Positions 7,615-16,373 of a stretch of DNA of 64,000 nt are shown here, in pieces. Under the pieces are notes generated by a model. It saw nothing but the letters and a program-made list of their open reading frames with translations, searched no databases and was not told the DNA's origin. The stretch covers positions 1,387,663 through 1,451,662 of the forward strand of contig OY970173.1 of assembly GCA_963707635.1 (NCBI GenBank). Direction: 5' to 3'. Every line of letters begins with the position of its first letter. The stretch's first letter is position 1. Origin of the DNA: Candidatus Latescibacterota bacterium. Its GTDB lineage: Bacteria; Krumholzibacteriota; Krumholzibacteriia; WVZY01; JAKEHA01. The translations under genes and the position numbers were made by a program.

Positions 7615-9472
7615 CCTCCGGGAGGGGCCGTTTCGCCTCCGGACGCTGCTGGTCGTGCTCGGCTTCGGGTTCGCCGCGATCCTTATCCGCCTCTTCGCCC
7701 TCCAGGTCGTGCACCACCAGGAATACGCGCAGTTCGCCCGCGACAACCAGCTCCAGCGCGAGCGTCTGCAGGGCCCCCGCGGTCTCATCCGCGACCGCTA
7801 CGGCCGCGTGATCGTGGACAACACCATCAACTTCCAGGTGGTGGTGCAGTGGCGCTCGCGCGATGAAATCGTCGAGACCGTCCGCCACCTCTCCGCGTAC
7901 ATCCCCATCGACACCACCCGCGCGATGACCCGCTTCGACGCGTGGCAGAAACGGTACGGGCGCGTCGCGTTTCCGCTGTTTCCCGACGCGGACAAGTTCG
8001 TAATCTCCTTCGTCCGCGAGAACGCCGACGACTATCCCCACGTGCGCGTCGAGTCGCGGCTGCGCCGCCTCTACCCGCCCCGCGGGGTGGCGGCGCACGT
8101 GCTGGGGTACGTCGGCGAAGTCACCCCCGAGGACGTGGCCGCCGGCCACGGCACCTACGAGGCGGGCGACTTCACCGGCAAGGCCGGGCTCGAGAAGCAG
8201 TACGAGGACAAGCTCCGTGGCACGCCCGGGCAGCGCGCGATGGAAATCACCGCCAACGGCACCTCGCTCGGCGAAGTGCCCGAGCTCTCGACGGCGCCGA
8301 TCCCCGGCAAGGACCTGCACCTCTCGCTCGACTTCGAGATGCAGGAGTACCTCGATTCCCTGCTGGCGACGCACGATAATCCCAGTGCCGCCGTCGTGCT
8401 CGACGTGAAGACCGGCGGCATCATCGCGGCGGCCAGTCGGCCGTCCTACGACCCGAACGAGTTCGCCGCGGGTGTGTCCGCTTCCATCCTCGGGGGCCTC
8501 CTCGACGACCCGACCAAGCCGATGTTCAACCGCATCTCGCAGGCACGCTATGCGCCGGCGTCGACGTTCAAGATCGTGGTGACGACAGCGGCGCTGCAGA
8601 ACGGACTCGTGGACCCGGGCCGCGTGCTCACCTACTGCGACGGCACGCACCGCTTCGGCAATCGCATCTTCCGGTGCTGGAAGGAGGATGGACACGGCGG
8701 CATGAACCTCATGTCGGCGATCATCAACTCGTGCGACGTCTATTTCTACCGGATCGGGGAGATGATGGACGTCGACGTCCTCGCCGCGTCGGCCACCGCG
8801 TACGGCCTCGACCGCAAGACCGGCGTCGACCTCCCGATCGAGGTCGCCGGTAATGTTCCCACGCGCCGCTACTACGACAAGCGTTTCGGAAAAGGGCGAT
8901 GGACGCAGGGCCTGATGATCAACAACGCGATCGGCCAGGGAGAGTATCTGGCCACGGTGCTGCACGTGGCGCGAATCGCCGCGGCGGTGGCGAACGGCGG
9001 GTGGCTGGTCCAGCCCCGTTTCGTCGACCACGTGGACGGCGAGCCGTCGGTCGAGCCGACGCGGGAGCGCGTGCCGGGGCTGGAGGGCTCGACCCTCGCA
9101 TTCATCCGCCGCGCGATGCTCGGTGTGGTGGAGTCGCCCGGGGGCACCGCCCACTGGACTGAGCTTCGGTGGCTCAAGGTGGCGGGAAAGACCGGGACGG
9201 CGCAGAACCCGCACGGCGACCACCATTCGTGGTACATGGCCTACGCACCCGCCGACGACCCCGAAATCGCGCTCGCCATCCTGGTCGAAAACGCCGGGCA
9301 CGGGGGAGACGTGTCGGCCCCGGTGGCCCGCGACTTTTTCGCCGAGTACTTTCGCCCGGGACGCCGGGAGGGAAGCGTGGTGTCGCGCGCGCGGCCCACG
9401 ATGCCCGCCGGGTTCGATTCGCTCTCGGTCGACCGGCTTCGCGCCGCCGGGGTCGGGAGAATGACGCCATGA
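7592..9472 (+). CDS. mrdA: Penicillin-binding protein 2 (peptidoglycan D,D-transpeptidase MrdA)
   Basis: N-terminal TM, then …RGLIRDRYGRVIVDN…, a PBP dimerisation domain and a transpeptidase domain (…SCDVYFY…). Gene order mreD-mrdA-rodA fits. The TTG start is uncertain; it overlaps mreD by 23 nt. Confidence 0.85.
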   Translation: MAKRDSTSLREGPFRLRTLLVVLGFGFAAILIRLFALQVVHHQEYAQFARDNQLQRERLQGPRGLIRDRYGRVIVDNTINFQVVVQWRSRDEIVETVRHLSAYIPIDTTRAMTRFDAWQKRYGRVAFPLFPDADKFVISFVRENADDYPHVRVESRLRRLYPPRGVAAHVLGYVGEVTPEDVAAGHGTYEAGDFTGKAGLEKQYEDKLRGTPGQRAMEITANGTSLGEVPELSTAPIPGKDLHLSLDFEMQEYLDSLLATHDNPSAAVVLDVKTGGIIAAASRPSYDPNEFAAGVSASILGGLLDDPTKPMFNRISQARYAPASTFKIVVTTAALQNGLVDPGRVLTYCDGTHRFGNRIFRCWKEDGHGGMNLMSAIINSCDVYFYRIGEMMDVDVLAASATAYGLDRKTGVDLPIEVAGNVPTRRYYDKRFGKGRWTQGLMINNAIGQGEYLATVLHVARIAAAVANGGWLVQPRFVDHVDGEPSVEPTRERVPGLEGSTLAFIRRAMLGVVESPGGTAHWTELRWLKVAGKTGTAQNPHGDHHSWYMAYAPADDPEIALAILVENAGHGGDVSAPVARDFFAEYFRPGRREGSVVSRARPTMPAGFDSLSVDRLRAAGVGRMTP

Positions 9473-10716
9473 AGCTCTCCCGCAACTTCGACTGGGTGAT
9501 CGTGCTGTGCGCGGCGATCCTCACCCTGGTCGGACTGTCGATCGTGTTCTCGGTCTCGCACTCGATCGGAGACGCGCACGCCGAGTGGCTGCGCGGCTCG
9601 TACTTCACGCGCCAGCTCCTGTGGGTCGGCCTCGGGCTGCTGGTCATGCTGGTCGGGTTCGCGGTTCCGTTTCGGGTCTTCGAAACTCTCGCCTACGCCG
9701 CATACGCGGCCTGCCTGACCCTGCTGGTGGTCGTGCTCCTGCTCCCCGCGAAGGGAGAAACCCAGCGGTGGTTCGTGGTGGGGCCGCTCGCGATCCAGCC
9801 GAGCGAGTTCACGAAGGTGGCGGTCCTGCTGGTGTGGGCGCGGATCCTCTCGGGGCACCGCGCGGATCCGAATCGCCCGCGCACCCTGATCCCGGTGCTG
9901 TTTCTCTTCCTGGTCCCCTTTGCGCTGGTGCTCAAGCAGCCCGACCTCGGCACCGCGATGGTGTTCGCGGGCATCCTGCTCCCGGTCCTGTTCTGGCGCG
10001 GGTTCCGCGGCCTCCACATCCTGTTCCTGCTCTCGCCGCTGGTGAGCAGCGTGTTGATCATCTACGGGGAGAACGTCACCCACAACCCGTGGCCGTTCGG
10101 GATCTTCATCGTGCTGATTCTGGTCGTCGCCTACCTGCGGCGCGCGTTCCTGGTCGAGTCCGTCTCGCTGGTGGTCGCGAACGTCGGCATCGGCCTGTTC
10201 CTGCCCGTGTTCTGGAACCACCTCAAGCCCTATCAGCAGAACCGGGTCACCAATTTTCTGGACCCGGATTCCGACAAGCTGGGCGCGGGCTGGCAGGTGA
10301 TTCAGTCGAAGATCGCCATCGGGTCCGGCGGTTTCGGCGGGAAGGGATACCTCGAGGGAACGCAGAAGGCGCTCGAGTACCTGCCCGCCAAGCATACCGA
10401 TTTCATCTTCTCCGTGCTGGGCGAGGAGCTCGGTTTCGTCGGCGCGCTCGCGATCCTGTTCGTGTTCGCGGTCCTGATCACGCGCGCCCTCATGGCGGCG
10501 CAGAAGATGAAGAGCGAGTTCGCGGCGACGTTGTGTGTGGGCATCGCCTCCTACTTCGCGTTCCAGGTGTTCATCAATATCGGGATGACGACCGGGATCG
10601 CGCCGGTGGCCGGGATCCCGCTTCCCTTCATCAGCTACGGCGGGAGTTCCATGCTGGTGAGTTCCTTTTTCATCGGGCTGTTGCTCAACTGCGCGGCGCG
10701 GTGGTCGGAGTACTAA
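9469..10716 (+). CDS. rodA: Peptidoglycan glycosyltransferase RodA (SEDS family)
   Basis: ATG overlaps the mrdA stop (ATGA). MKLSRNFDWVIVLCAAILTLVGLSIVFSVSH… opens a polytopic FtsW/RodA-type sequence. The ORF-track start at 9169 is an upstream extension into mrdA. Confidence 0.85.
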   Translation: MKLSRNFDWVIVLCAAILTLVGLSIVFSVSHSIGDAHAEWLRGSYFTRQLLWVGLGLLVMLVGFAVPFRVFETLAYAAYAACLTLLVVVLLLPAKGETQRWFVVGPLAIQPSEFTKVAVLLVWARILSGHRADPNRPRTLIPVLFLFLVPFALVLKQPDLGTAMVFAGILLPVLFWRGFRGLHILFLLSPLVSSVLIIYGENVTHNPWPFGIFIVLILVVAYLRRAFLVESVSLVVANVGIGLFLPVFWNHLKPYQQNRVTNFLDPDSDKLGAGWQVIQSKIAIGSGGFGGKGYLEGTQKALEYLPAKHTDFIFSVLGEELGFVGALAILFVFAVLITRALMAAQKMKSEFAATLCVGIASYFAFQVFINIGMTTGIAPVAGIPLPFISYGGSSMLVSSFFIGLLLNCAARWSEY

Positions 10717-10799
10717 GACGCACCATGACAGGACGCGCGCGCGGCGGTATATTCTGACCCGTCGGCGTTGCGCCCCGACTTACCACGGAAGGACCATCG

Positions 10800-11600
10800 A
10801 TGCACCCAATCCTCATCCAGCTGGGCCGGATCCAGATCCGCTCGTACGGTTTCATGCTGGCAGTAAGTTTTCTCCTCGGCATCTGGCTCGCCGGCCGGCG
10901 CGCCAAGCGATACGGAGTCGACCCACAGAAAATTCTCGATTTGAGCGTGGTCATCATCCTGGCGGCGGTGGTGGGATCGCGGCTCCTCTACGTCGTGTTT
11001 CACCTCGACCAGTACTCGAACCCGCTCGACATGTTCGCGCTCTGGCAGGGTGGGGCGACGTTCTATGGCGGCTTTCTGCTCGCGATGGCGGCGTCCTACT
11101 GGTGGGTCCAGCGCAACAACCTGTCCTTCCTGACGGTCGCGGACGTGATCGCCCCGTCGATGGCGCTCGGGCTCGTGTTCACGCGGGTCGGGTGCCTGCT
11201 CAGCGGCTGCTGCTTCGGCAAGCCCACGGATGGACCGCTGGGGCTGGTGTTTCCGCCGGACTCGCCCGCCGGGAGCGCGGCGGCCGCGTTTGCCGCCGAG
11301 AGAGGACTCGGCCACGTGGCGCTCCACCCCACGCAAATCTATTCGTCGTTCAAGGGGCTGGTGATCTTCCTGGTGCTGATGGCGGCACAACGGCACATCA
11401 CCCGCCGCGGAGCGCTGTTCGGACTCTTCCTCGTCCTGTACGGAATCGGCCGGTTCACAATCGACTTCTTTCGTTTCTACGAACCGAACGCGCGCATACT
11501 CGCCGGGCTGACGTTCAACCAGGTAATCAGCGTCGTGCTGATCCTGGTCGGCGCTCTGCTGCTGGCGCGCCGAGAGAAGCAGGCGCCTGCAACGGGCTGA
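10800..11600 (+). CDS. lgt: Prolipoprotein diacylglyceryl transferase
   Basis: MHPILIQLGRIQIRSYGFMLAVSFLLGIWLA…GGATFYGGFL…VGCLLSGCCFGKPT… carries the Lgt signature regions. Confidence 0.9.
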   Translation: MHPILIQLGRIQIRSYGFMLAVSFLLGIWLAGRRAKRYGVDPQKILDLSVVIILAAVVGSRLLYVVFHLDQYSNPLDMFALWQGGATFYGGFLLAMAASYWWVQRNNLSFLTVADVIAPSMALGLVFTRVGCLLSGCCFGKPTDGPLGLVFPPDSPAGSAAAAFAAERGLGHVALHPTQIYSSFKGLVIFLVLMAAQRHITRRGALFGLFLVLYGIGRFTIDFFRFYEPNARILAGLTFNQVISVVLILVGALLLARREKQAPATG

Positions 11601-11623
11601 CTCTGCGTGGGTGGGGTGGTGGG

Positions 11624-12382
11624 GTGGGGTGGATCGGCGAAGGGCTGGAGGCGGTCGTCGGCTTTCTGGTCGACGAGCGCTGTCACGCGTGCGGTTCACC
11701 GGCGCGCGCGCCCGATTCCGCAGGCCACGAGCCGGTCTGCCATCCGCTCACCGATTTGCTTCGCCTGCGGGTCGGGCCCTTTCAGTTTGGGACGCGATTG
11801 CTGTGCGGGCGGTGCGCGAGGCGGGTGCGGCTGTTTCGGGAGCCGCTCTTGCTGCCGGCGGTCGCGAGCGCGGCACCCGCGCTGGTCGTTTACCCCGCCT
11901 TTGCCACCGACGACACGCTGCTGCGGCTCATCCATGTGATGAAGTTCGGCCGGCGGGAGCGGCTGGCCTCGTGGCTCGCCCGCGCAATCTCGAACGGGTT
12001 GCCGCGCCGCGCCCTGGACGAGCTGCCCGCGCCGGCCGTGCTGGTGCCGGTTCCCATGGATCCGCGCTCGCGGCGGCGTCGAGGCTTCAATCAGGCGGAG
12101 CGAATCGCGGTCGAGCTCGCGCGCGCGTGGGACGTGCCGGTCGCGACACGCGCCCTCGCCAAGACCCGCCATACGCTCGCGCAGTCGTCGCTGGGCCGGA
12201 CCGATCGCGCGCACAATCTCGCTTGCGCGATGGTTCCCGGGCGTGAACCCGTGGTGGGCAGGTCCACCGTCCTCGTGGATGACCTCGTCACGACCGGCGC
12301 CACGGCGGCCGCGTGCGCGGCCGTCCTGCGACTCGCAGGCGCGGTCTCGGTGCGCGTGGTGTGCGTCGGCTACCGGCCCTGA
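11624..12382 (+). CDS. comF: ComF family phosphoribosyltransferase-domain protein
   Basis: N-terminal Cys/His pairs (CHACG…C…C) are followed by …LIHVMKFGRRERLA…VPVPMDPRSRRRRGFNQAE… and the PRTase motif VLVDDLVTTGAT at the C-terminus. The start was set to the first in-frame GTG after the lgt stop. The ORF-track start at 11102 runs through lgt in another frame. Confidence 0.65.
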   Translation: MGWIGEGLEAVVGFLVDERCHACGSPARAPDSAGHEPVCHPLTDLLRLRVGPFQFGTRLLCGRCARRVRLFREPLLLPAVASAAPALVVYPAFATDDTLLRLIHVMKFGRRERLASWLARAISNGLPRRALDELPAPAVLVPVPMDPRSRRRRGFNQAERIAVELARAWDVPVATRALAKTRHTLAQSSLGRTDRAHNLACAMVPGREPVVGRSTVLVDDLVTTGATAAACAAVLRLAGAVSVRVVCVGYRP

Positions 12383-12413
12383 ACCACGCCGAACCAACGA
12401 CGCTTCTGCAATC

Positions 12414-12443
12414 TTGACAAGGACTTCCATCGAAAGCTATTAT
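12414..12443 (+). promoter_or_regulatory. Near-consensus sigma70-type promoter (TTGACA-18 nt-TATTAT) for the gap-pgk-tpiA operon
   Basis: ttgaca at 12414-12419, an 18-nt spacer, then tattat at 12438-12443. A ~200-nt leader precedes the gap ATG at 12648. Confidence 0.5.
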
Positions 12444-12647
12444 CAATTAGGCGGGCGGGAACGATCTCCCGGGCCACGGGATTGCCAGTGTCGATCGTTT
12501 CGTCGTAAGGTCGTGGTCTTCCCGGGTGAGCGGTACGCGACAGCCGGTTCGGTTTCTACTGACGATCAAGCACATGGTGCCCTCGCCGCGTTGGAAGACG
12601 TGCGGCCGCGAACGTGGTGAACGAGTGAGGGTGAAGGAGGGTCTCGA

Positions 12648-13646
12648 ATGGCGATCACGGTCGCGATCAACGGATTCGGGCGCATCGGTCGCCTGGTCTA
12701 CCGCCATGCGTTCAACGACGCGCGTTTCCACATCGTGGCGGTGAATGACATCACCAGCCCCGACATACTCGCGCATCTGCTCAAGTACGACTCGGTGCAC
12801 GGGCGCTTCCCGGGCAAGGTCGTCGCCACCAAGACCGGCATCGAGGTCGACGGCAAAGCGCTCGACGTGATCGCGGAGAAGGACCCCACCAAACTCCCGT
12901 GGAAAGAACGCGGCGTCGATGTCGTGGTCGAATCGACCGGGTTGTTCACCAAGCGCGACGACGCGGCGAAGCACCTGCAGGCAGGGGCGAAGCGCGTGCT
13001 CATCTCGGCGCCAGCCACCGACCCGGACATCACCATCGTGATGGGGGTCAACGACAAGCAGTTCGACCCCGAGACCCATCGGATCGTGTCCACCGCGTCG
13101 TGCACGACGAACTGCCTGGCGCCGGTGGCCAAGGTGATCCACGATGCCTTCGGCATCAAGCACGGAATCATGACGACGATCCACGCGTATACCAACGACC
13201 AGGTCATGCTCGACCAGCCGCACAAGGACCTGCGCCGGGCGCGGGCGGCGGCGGTTTCGATGATCCCGACCACCACCGGCGCGGCGCGCGCGGTGACGAC
13301 GGTCCTGCCCGAGCTCAAGGGCAAACTCGACGGCATGGCGGTCCGGGTGCCAACCGTGGACGGTTCGCTGGTGGACCTGACGTTCGAAACGGAGAAACCA
13401 GCGTCGGTCCCCGCGATCAACCGGGCGATGCTGGAGGCGTCGAAGGCGGCGATGAAGGACATCATCGAATATACCGAGGACCCGATCGTCTCGGTCGACG
13501 TGATCGGCAACCCGCACTCCGCGGTGTTCGACGCGCTTTCGACCATGGCGATCGGGGACCGCTTCTTCAAGGTGCTCGCGTGGTACGACAACGAATACGG
13601 CTACTCGGGCCGTATGGTGGACATGCTTCGTCTCATCGGGAGATGA
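12648..13646 (+). CDS. gap: Glyceraldehyde-3-phosphate dehydrogenase (type I)
   Basis: MAITVAINGFGRIGRLV… and the catalytic …SCTTNCLAP… are present. Confidence 0.95.
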   Translation: MAITVAINGFGRIGRLVYRHAFNDARFHIVAVNDITSPDILAHLLKYDSVHGRFPGKVVATKTGIEVDGKALDVIAEKDPTKLPWKERGVDVVVESTGLFTKRDDAAKHLQAGAKRVLISAPATDPDITIVMGVNDKQFDPETHRIVSTASCTTNCLAPVAKVIHDAFGIKHGIMTTIHAYTNDQVMLDQPHKDLRRARAAAVSMIPTTTGAARAVTTVLPELKGKLDGMAVRVPTVDGSLVDLTFETEKPASVPAINRAMLEASKAAMKDIIEYTEDPIVSVDVIGNPHSAVFDALSTMAIGDRFFKVLAWYDNEYGYSGRMVDMLRLIGR

Positions 13647-13659
13647 GGGTGAGTAAGGA

Positions 13660-14871
13660 ATGAAGAAACTTTCGATTCGTGACTGCGACGTCAAGGGCAA
13701 GCGCGTGCTCGCGCGCGTGGACTTCAACGTCCCGCTGGACAGCGACCGGAGCATCACCGACGACACACGCATCGTGGAATCGCTCCCGACCATCCGCGAC
13801 GTGGTGGATCGCGGCGGGCGTCTGATCCTGATGAGCCACCTGGGGAGGCCGCGGCACGGCCGCGACCCCGAGCTGAGCCTGGCGCCGGTGGCGCACCGGC
13901 TCGCGGAGCTGGTGAAGAATCCGCTGCGGTTCGCCGGCGATTGCGTGGGCGAGGATGTGCAGCAGAAGGTGGCGGGGTTGCGGGACGGCGAGATCCTGCT
14001 GCTGGAGAACCTGCGCTTCCACCCGGGCGAAGAGGCGAACGACCCCGCGTTCGCCAGGGAGCTGGCGGCGCTGGCGGACGTCTACGTCAACGACGCGTTC
14101 GGAACCGCGCACCGGGCGCACGCCTCGACGGCCGGCGTGGCCGACTACATCCCGGTGCGGGCGGCCGGGCTCCTGATGGAAAAGGAGCTCCGGGCGCTGG
14201 GGCAGGCGCTGAGCGACCCGACGCGGCCGTTTCTGGCCGTGCTCGGCGGCGCCAAGATCTCGGGCAAGATCGACCTGATCAAGTCGTTGCTCGACCGCGT
14301 CGACGTGCTGCTCGTCGGCGGCGGGATGATGTACACCTTCTTCAAGGCGTCGGGGCTCGAGATCGGCCGGAGCATCGTCGACGAGAAGCACCTGCCGATG
14401 TGCAAGGAATTGCTCGCGCAGCGCAAGCCGGGGCGTTCGCGCCTGCTGCTGCCGGTCGATACCATCGTGGCCCAGGAGATCAATGACGACGCGCCCGCGC
14501 GCGAGGTTTCCATCGCGGACATACCGGAGGACTGGATCGGCGTCGACATCGGGCCGAAGACCGTCGACCTCTTCAAGGCGCAGATCGCGGGTGCCAGGAC
14601 CATTTTCTGGAACGGACCGATGGGGGTTTTCGAGAAGCCGTCCTTCGCGGAGGGCACCAAGGCGGTGGCCCGCGCCATCGCCGACGCGACCGATCGCGGT
14701 GCGACTACCATCGTGGGCGGGGGCGACAGCCTCGCCGCGATCAATTTGATGGGCATCGCCGGCCGGTTCACGCACATTTCAACCGGCGGCGGCGCGTCGC
14801 TCGAGTTCATGGAAGGGCGGTCGCTCCCGGGCGTCGAGGCGTTGTGCGACGTCGCCGAAGTAGCGGGATAA
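13660..14871 (+). CDS. pgk: Phosphoglycerate kinase
   Basis: …KRVLARVDFNVPLD… and …GGGASLEF… motifs are present. Confidence 0.95.
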   Translation: MKKLSIRDCDVKGKRVLARVDFNVPLDSDRSITDDTRIVESLPTIRDVVDRGGRLILMSHLGRPRHGRDPELSLAPVAHRLAELVKNPLRFAGDCVGEDVQQKVAGLRDGEILLLENLRFHPGEEANDPAFARELAALADVYVNDAFGTAHRAHASTAGVADYIPVRAAGLLMEKELRALGQALSDPTRPFLAVLGGAKISGKIDLIKSLLDRVDVLLVGGGMMYTFFKASGLEIGRSIVDEKHLPMCKELLAQRKPGRSRLLLPVDTIVAQEINDDAPAREVSIADIPEDWIGVDIGPKTVDLFKAQIAGARTIFWNGPMGVFEKPSFAEGTKAVARAIADATDRGATTIVGGGDSLAAINLMGIAGRFTHISTGGGASLEFMEGRSLPGVEALCDVAEVAG

Positions 14872-14884
14872 CGGCGCGCCCGAC

Positions 14885-15643
14885 ATGCCGCGCCGCAAGC
14901 TCATCGCCGCCAACTGGAAGATGAACAAGACCATCTCCGAGGCGACGGCGTTCGCCGCGCAGATGCGACCCGCTCTCGCTGCACTTTCCGCCTGTGACCT
15001 CGTGGTCTTTCCCGCTTTTCCCGGTCTGCGCGCGGTCGCGGTCGCACTCGCCGGCACCGCGGTCGGTGTCGGCGCCCAGGACCTCTTCTGGGAGACGGGC
15101 GGCGCGTACACCGGCGAGGTCTCGGCCGCGATGCTCACCGACGCTGGCGCGGAGTGGGTGCTCGTCGGCCATTCAGAGCGCCGGCACGTGGTCGGGGAAT
15201 CGAACGAGGTGGTGGCGCGCAAGTTGGCCGCCGCGCTCGCCGGCGGGTTGAAGCCGATTCTATGCGTGGGGGAGACCCTCGCCGAGCGCGATGCGGGCAG
15301 TCAGGTTCGGGTGGTCGAGGCGCAGCTCACTTCCGCCTTCGCCGGGCGCAGCGCGGGCGAAGCGGCGCGGACCGTGCTCGCGTACGAGCCGGTGTGGGCG
15401 ATCGGCACCGGCCGCATGGCGACGCCGGCGGACGCCGAGCAGATGCACCGCGCCATCCGGGGGTGGCTCGGGAGCCGATTCGGCCCGGACGTGGCCGCGC
15501 GCGCGCGCATCCAGTACGGTGGCAGCGTCAAGCCGGAGAGCGCCCGGAGCCTGCTGGAACGGGACGAGATCGACGGCCTCCTGGTCGGCGGCGCCAGCCT
15601 GGACGCGAGTTCGTTCCTCGCGATCGCCCGCGCCGCACACTGA
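14885..15643 (+). CDS. tpiA: Triosephosphate isomerase
   Basis: …KLIAANWKMNKT…, …AYEPVWAIGTG… and …GGASL… are present. Confidence 0.95.
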   Translation: MPRRKLIAANWKMNKTISEATAFAAQMRPALAALSACDLVVFPAFPGLRAVAVALAGTAVGVGAQDLFWETGGAYTGEVSAAMLTDAGAEWVLVGHSERRHVVGESNEVVARKLAAALAGGLKPILCVGETLAERDAGSQVRVVEAQLTSAFAGRSAGEAARTVLAYEPVWAIGTGRMATPADAEQMHRAIRGWLGSRFGPDVAARARIQYGGSVKPESARSLLERDEIDGLLVGGASLDASSFLAIARAAH

Positions 15644-15776
15644 ACGCCGGCGCCCGGCCCCCTTTCGGTCCGCGGGTTGACTTTCCGACCCTTGTTTGCT
15701 AGGCTCGCTCGCCGCGGTGTGAACGCCGCGCGCGGATTTCGGCGGGGTTCGTCCCCGGAAGGCAGGGTTTCTCTCC

Positions 15777-16154
15777 ATGTTGTTCAACCTGTTGATTGGT
15801 TTGCACGTGCTGGTGTGCTTCGTGCTGATCCTGACCGTGCTCCTGCAGTCGAGCAAGGGCGGCGGGCTGGCCGGCGCGTTCGGGACGGGCGGGCAAACCA
15901 TGTTCGGGGGTCAGGAAACGGCGACGTTTTTGAGCCGCCTCACTACGTACCTGGCCGTGACCTTCATGGTCCTCTCGCTGTTGCTGGCGTTTCTCTCGGC
16001 GCGGCGAACGGCGCCCGGCAGCCACAGCGTCGTGCGCCAGGCCGCGCAGCAGCAGCAGAGCACGATTCCGGAGGGTCAGAGCATCGACGAACTCTTGAAC
16101 GCCGGGGACACGACGCGCGCCGCCGGCACCGACACATCGCGTACCCGCCCATAG
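15777..16154 (+). CDS. secG: Preprotein translocase subunit SecG
   Basis: MLFNLLIGLHVLVCFVLILTVLLQSSKGGGLAGAFGTGG…: two TM helices flank the Gly-rich SecG signature. It follows tpiA, as in many bacteria. Confidence 0.85.
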   Translation: MLFNLLIGLHVLVCFVLILTVLLQSSKGGGLAGAFGTGGQTMFGGQETATFLSRLTTYLAVTFMVLSLLLAFLSARRTAPGSHSVVRQAAQQQQSTIPEGQSIDELLNAGDTTRAAGTDTSRTRP

Positions 16155-16161
16155 AACGCGG

Positions 16162-16247
16162 CCCAGGTGGTGGAACTGGCAGACACGCTATCTTGAGGGG
16201 GTAGTAGACGAAAGTCTGTGCGGGTTCGAGTCCCGCCCTGGGCACCA
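16162..16247 (+). tRNA. tRNA-Leu (anticodon GAG), type II with long variable arm
   Basis: Hand-folded. Acceptor stem GCCCAGG/CCTGGGC plus A-CCA. Anticodon stem ctatc/ggtag with loop ttGAGgg (U33, G37). Long variable arm. T-arm ggttcgagtcc. Total 86 nt. Confidence 0.85.
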
Positions 16248-16304
16248 TGTCATTGACTCGCCGCCGCGCTCTGGAATCGACTGGACACGGCGGGGTACTA
16301 GAAA

Positions 16305-16333
16305 ACGGGACGCACGGCGTCCCGTTTTGTTTT
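16305..16333 (+). terminator. Rho-independent terminator after the tRNA-Leu gene
   Basis: Perfect 9-bp stem acgggacgc-acg-gcgtcccgt followed by tttgtttt. Confidence 0.6.
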
Positions 16334-16373
16334 GACGCGTGAGGCGCCGGCCTCGCGGAAGGAGGAACAGGAA

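Noticed and set aside
7496-9301. 601-aa minus-strand ORF antisense to mrdA (PBP2)
   Set aside because: Antisense to a gene with clear PBP2 homology. Composition dominated by Arg/Gly/Val/Asp runs.
9169-10395. Upstream extension of the rodA frame into mrdA (9169..) and the 384-aa antisense ORF 9241..10395
   Set aside because: The rodA ATG at 9469 overlaps the mrdA stop in the classic ATGA arrangement. The extension would overlap mrdA by 300 nt. The antisense ORF is Arg/Asp/Glu/His-rich junk.
11611-12246. 211-aa Arg/Gly/Ala-rich ORF in an alternate frame of the comF-like gene
   Set aside because: No start context. Composition is an artefact of GC-rich frame. The comF frame carries the conserved zinc-finger and PRTase motifs.
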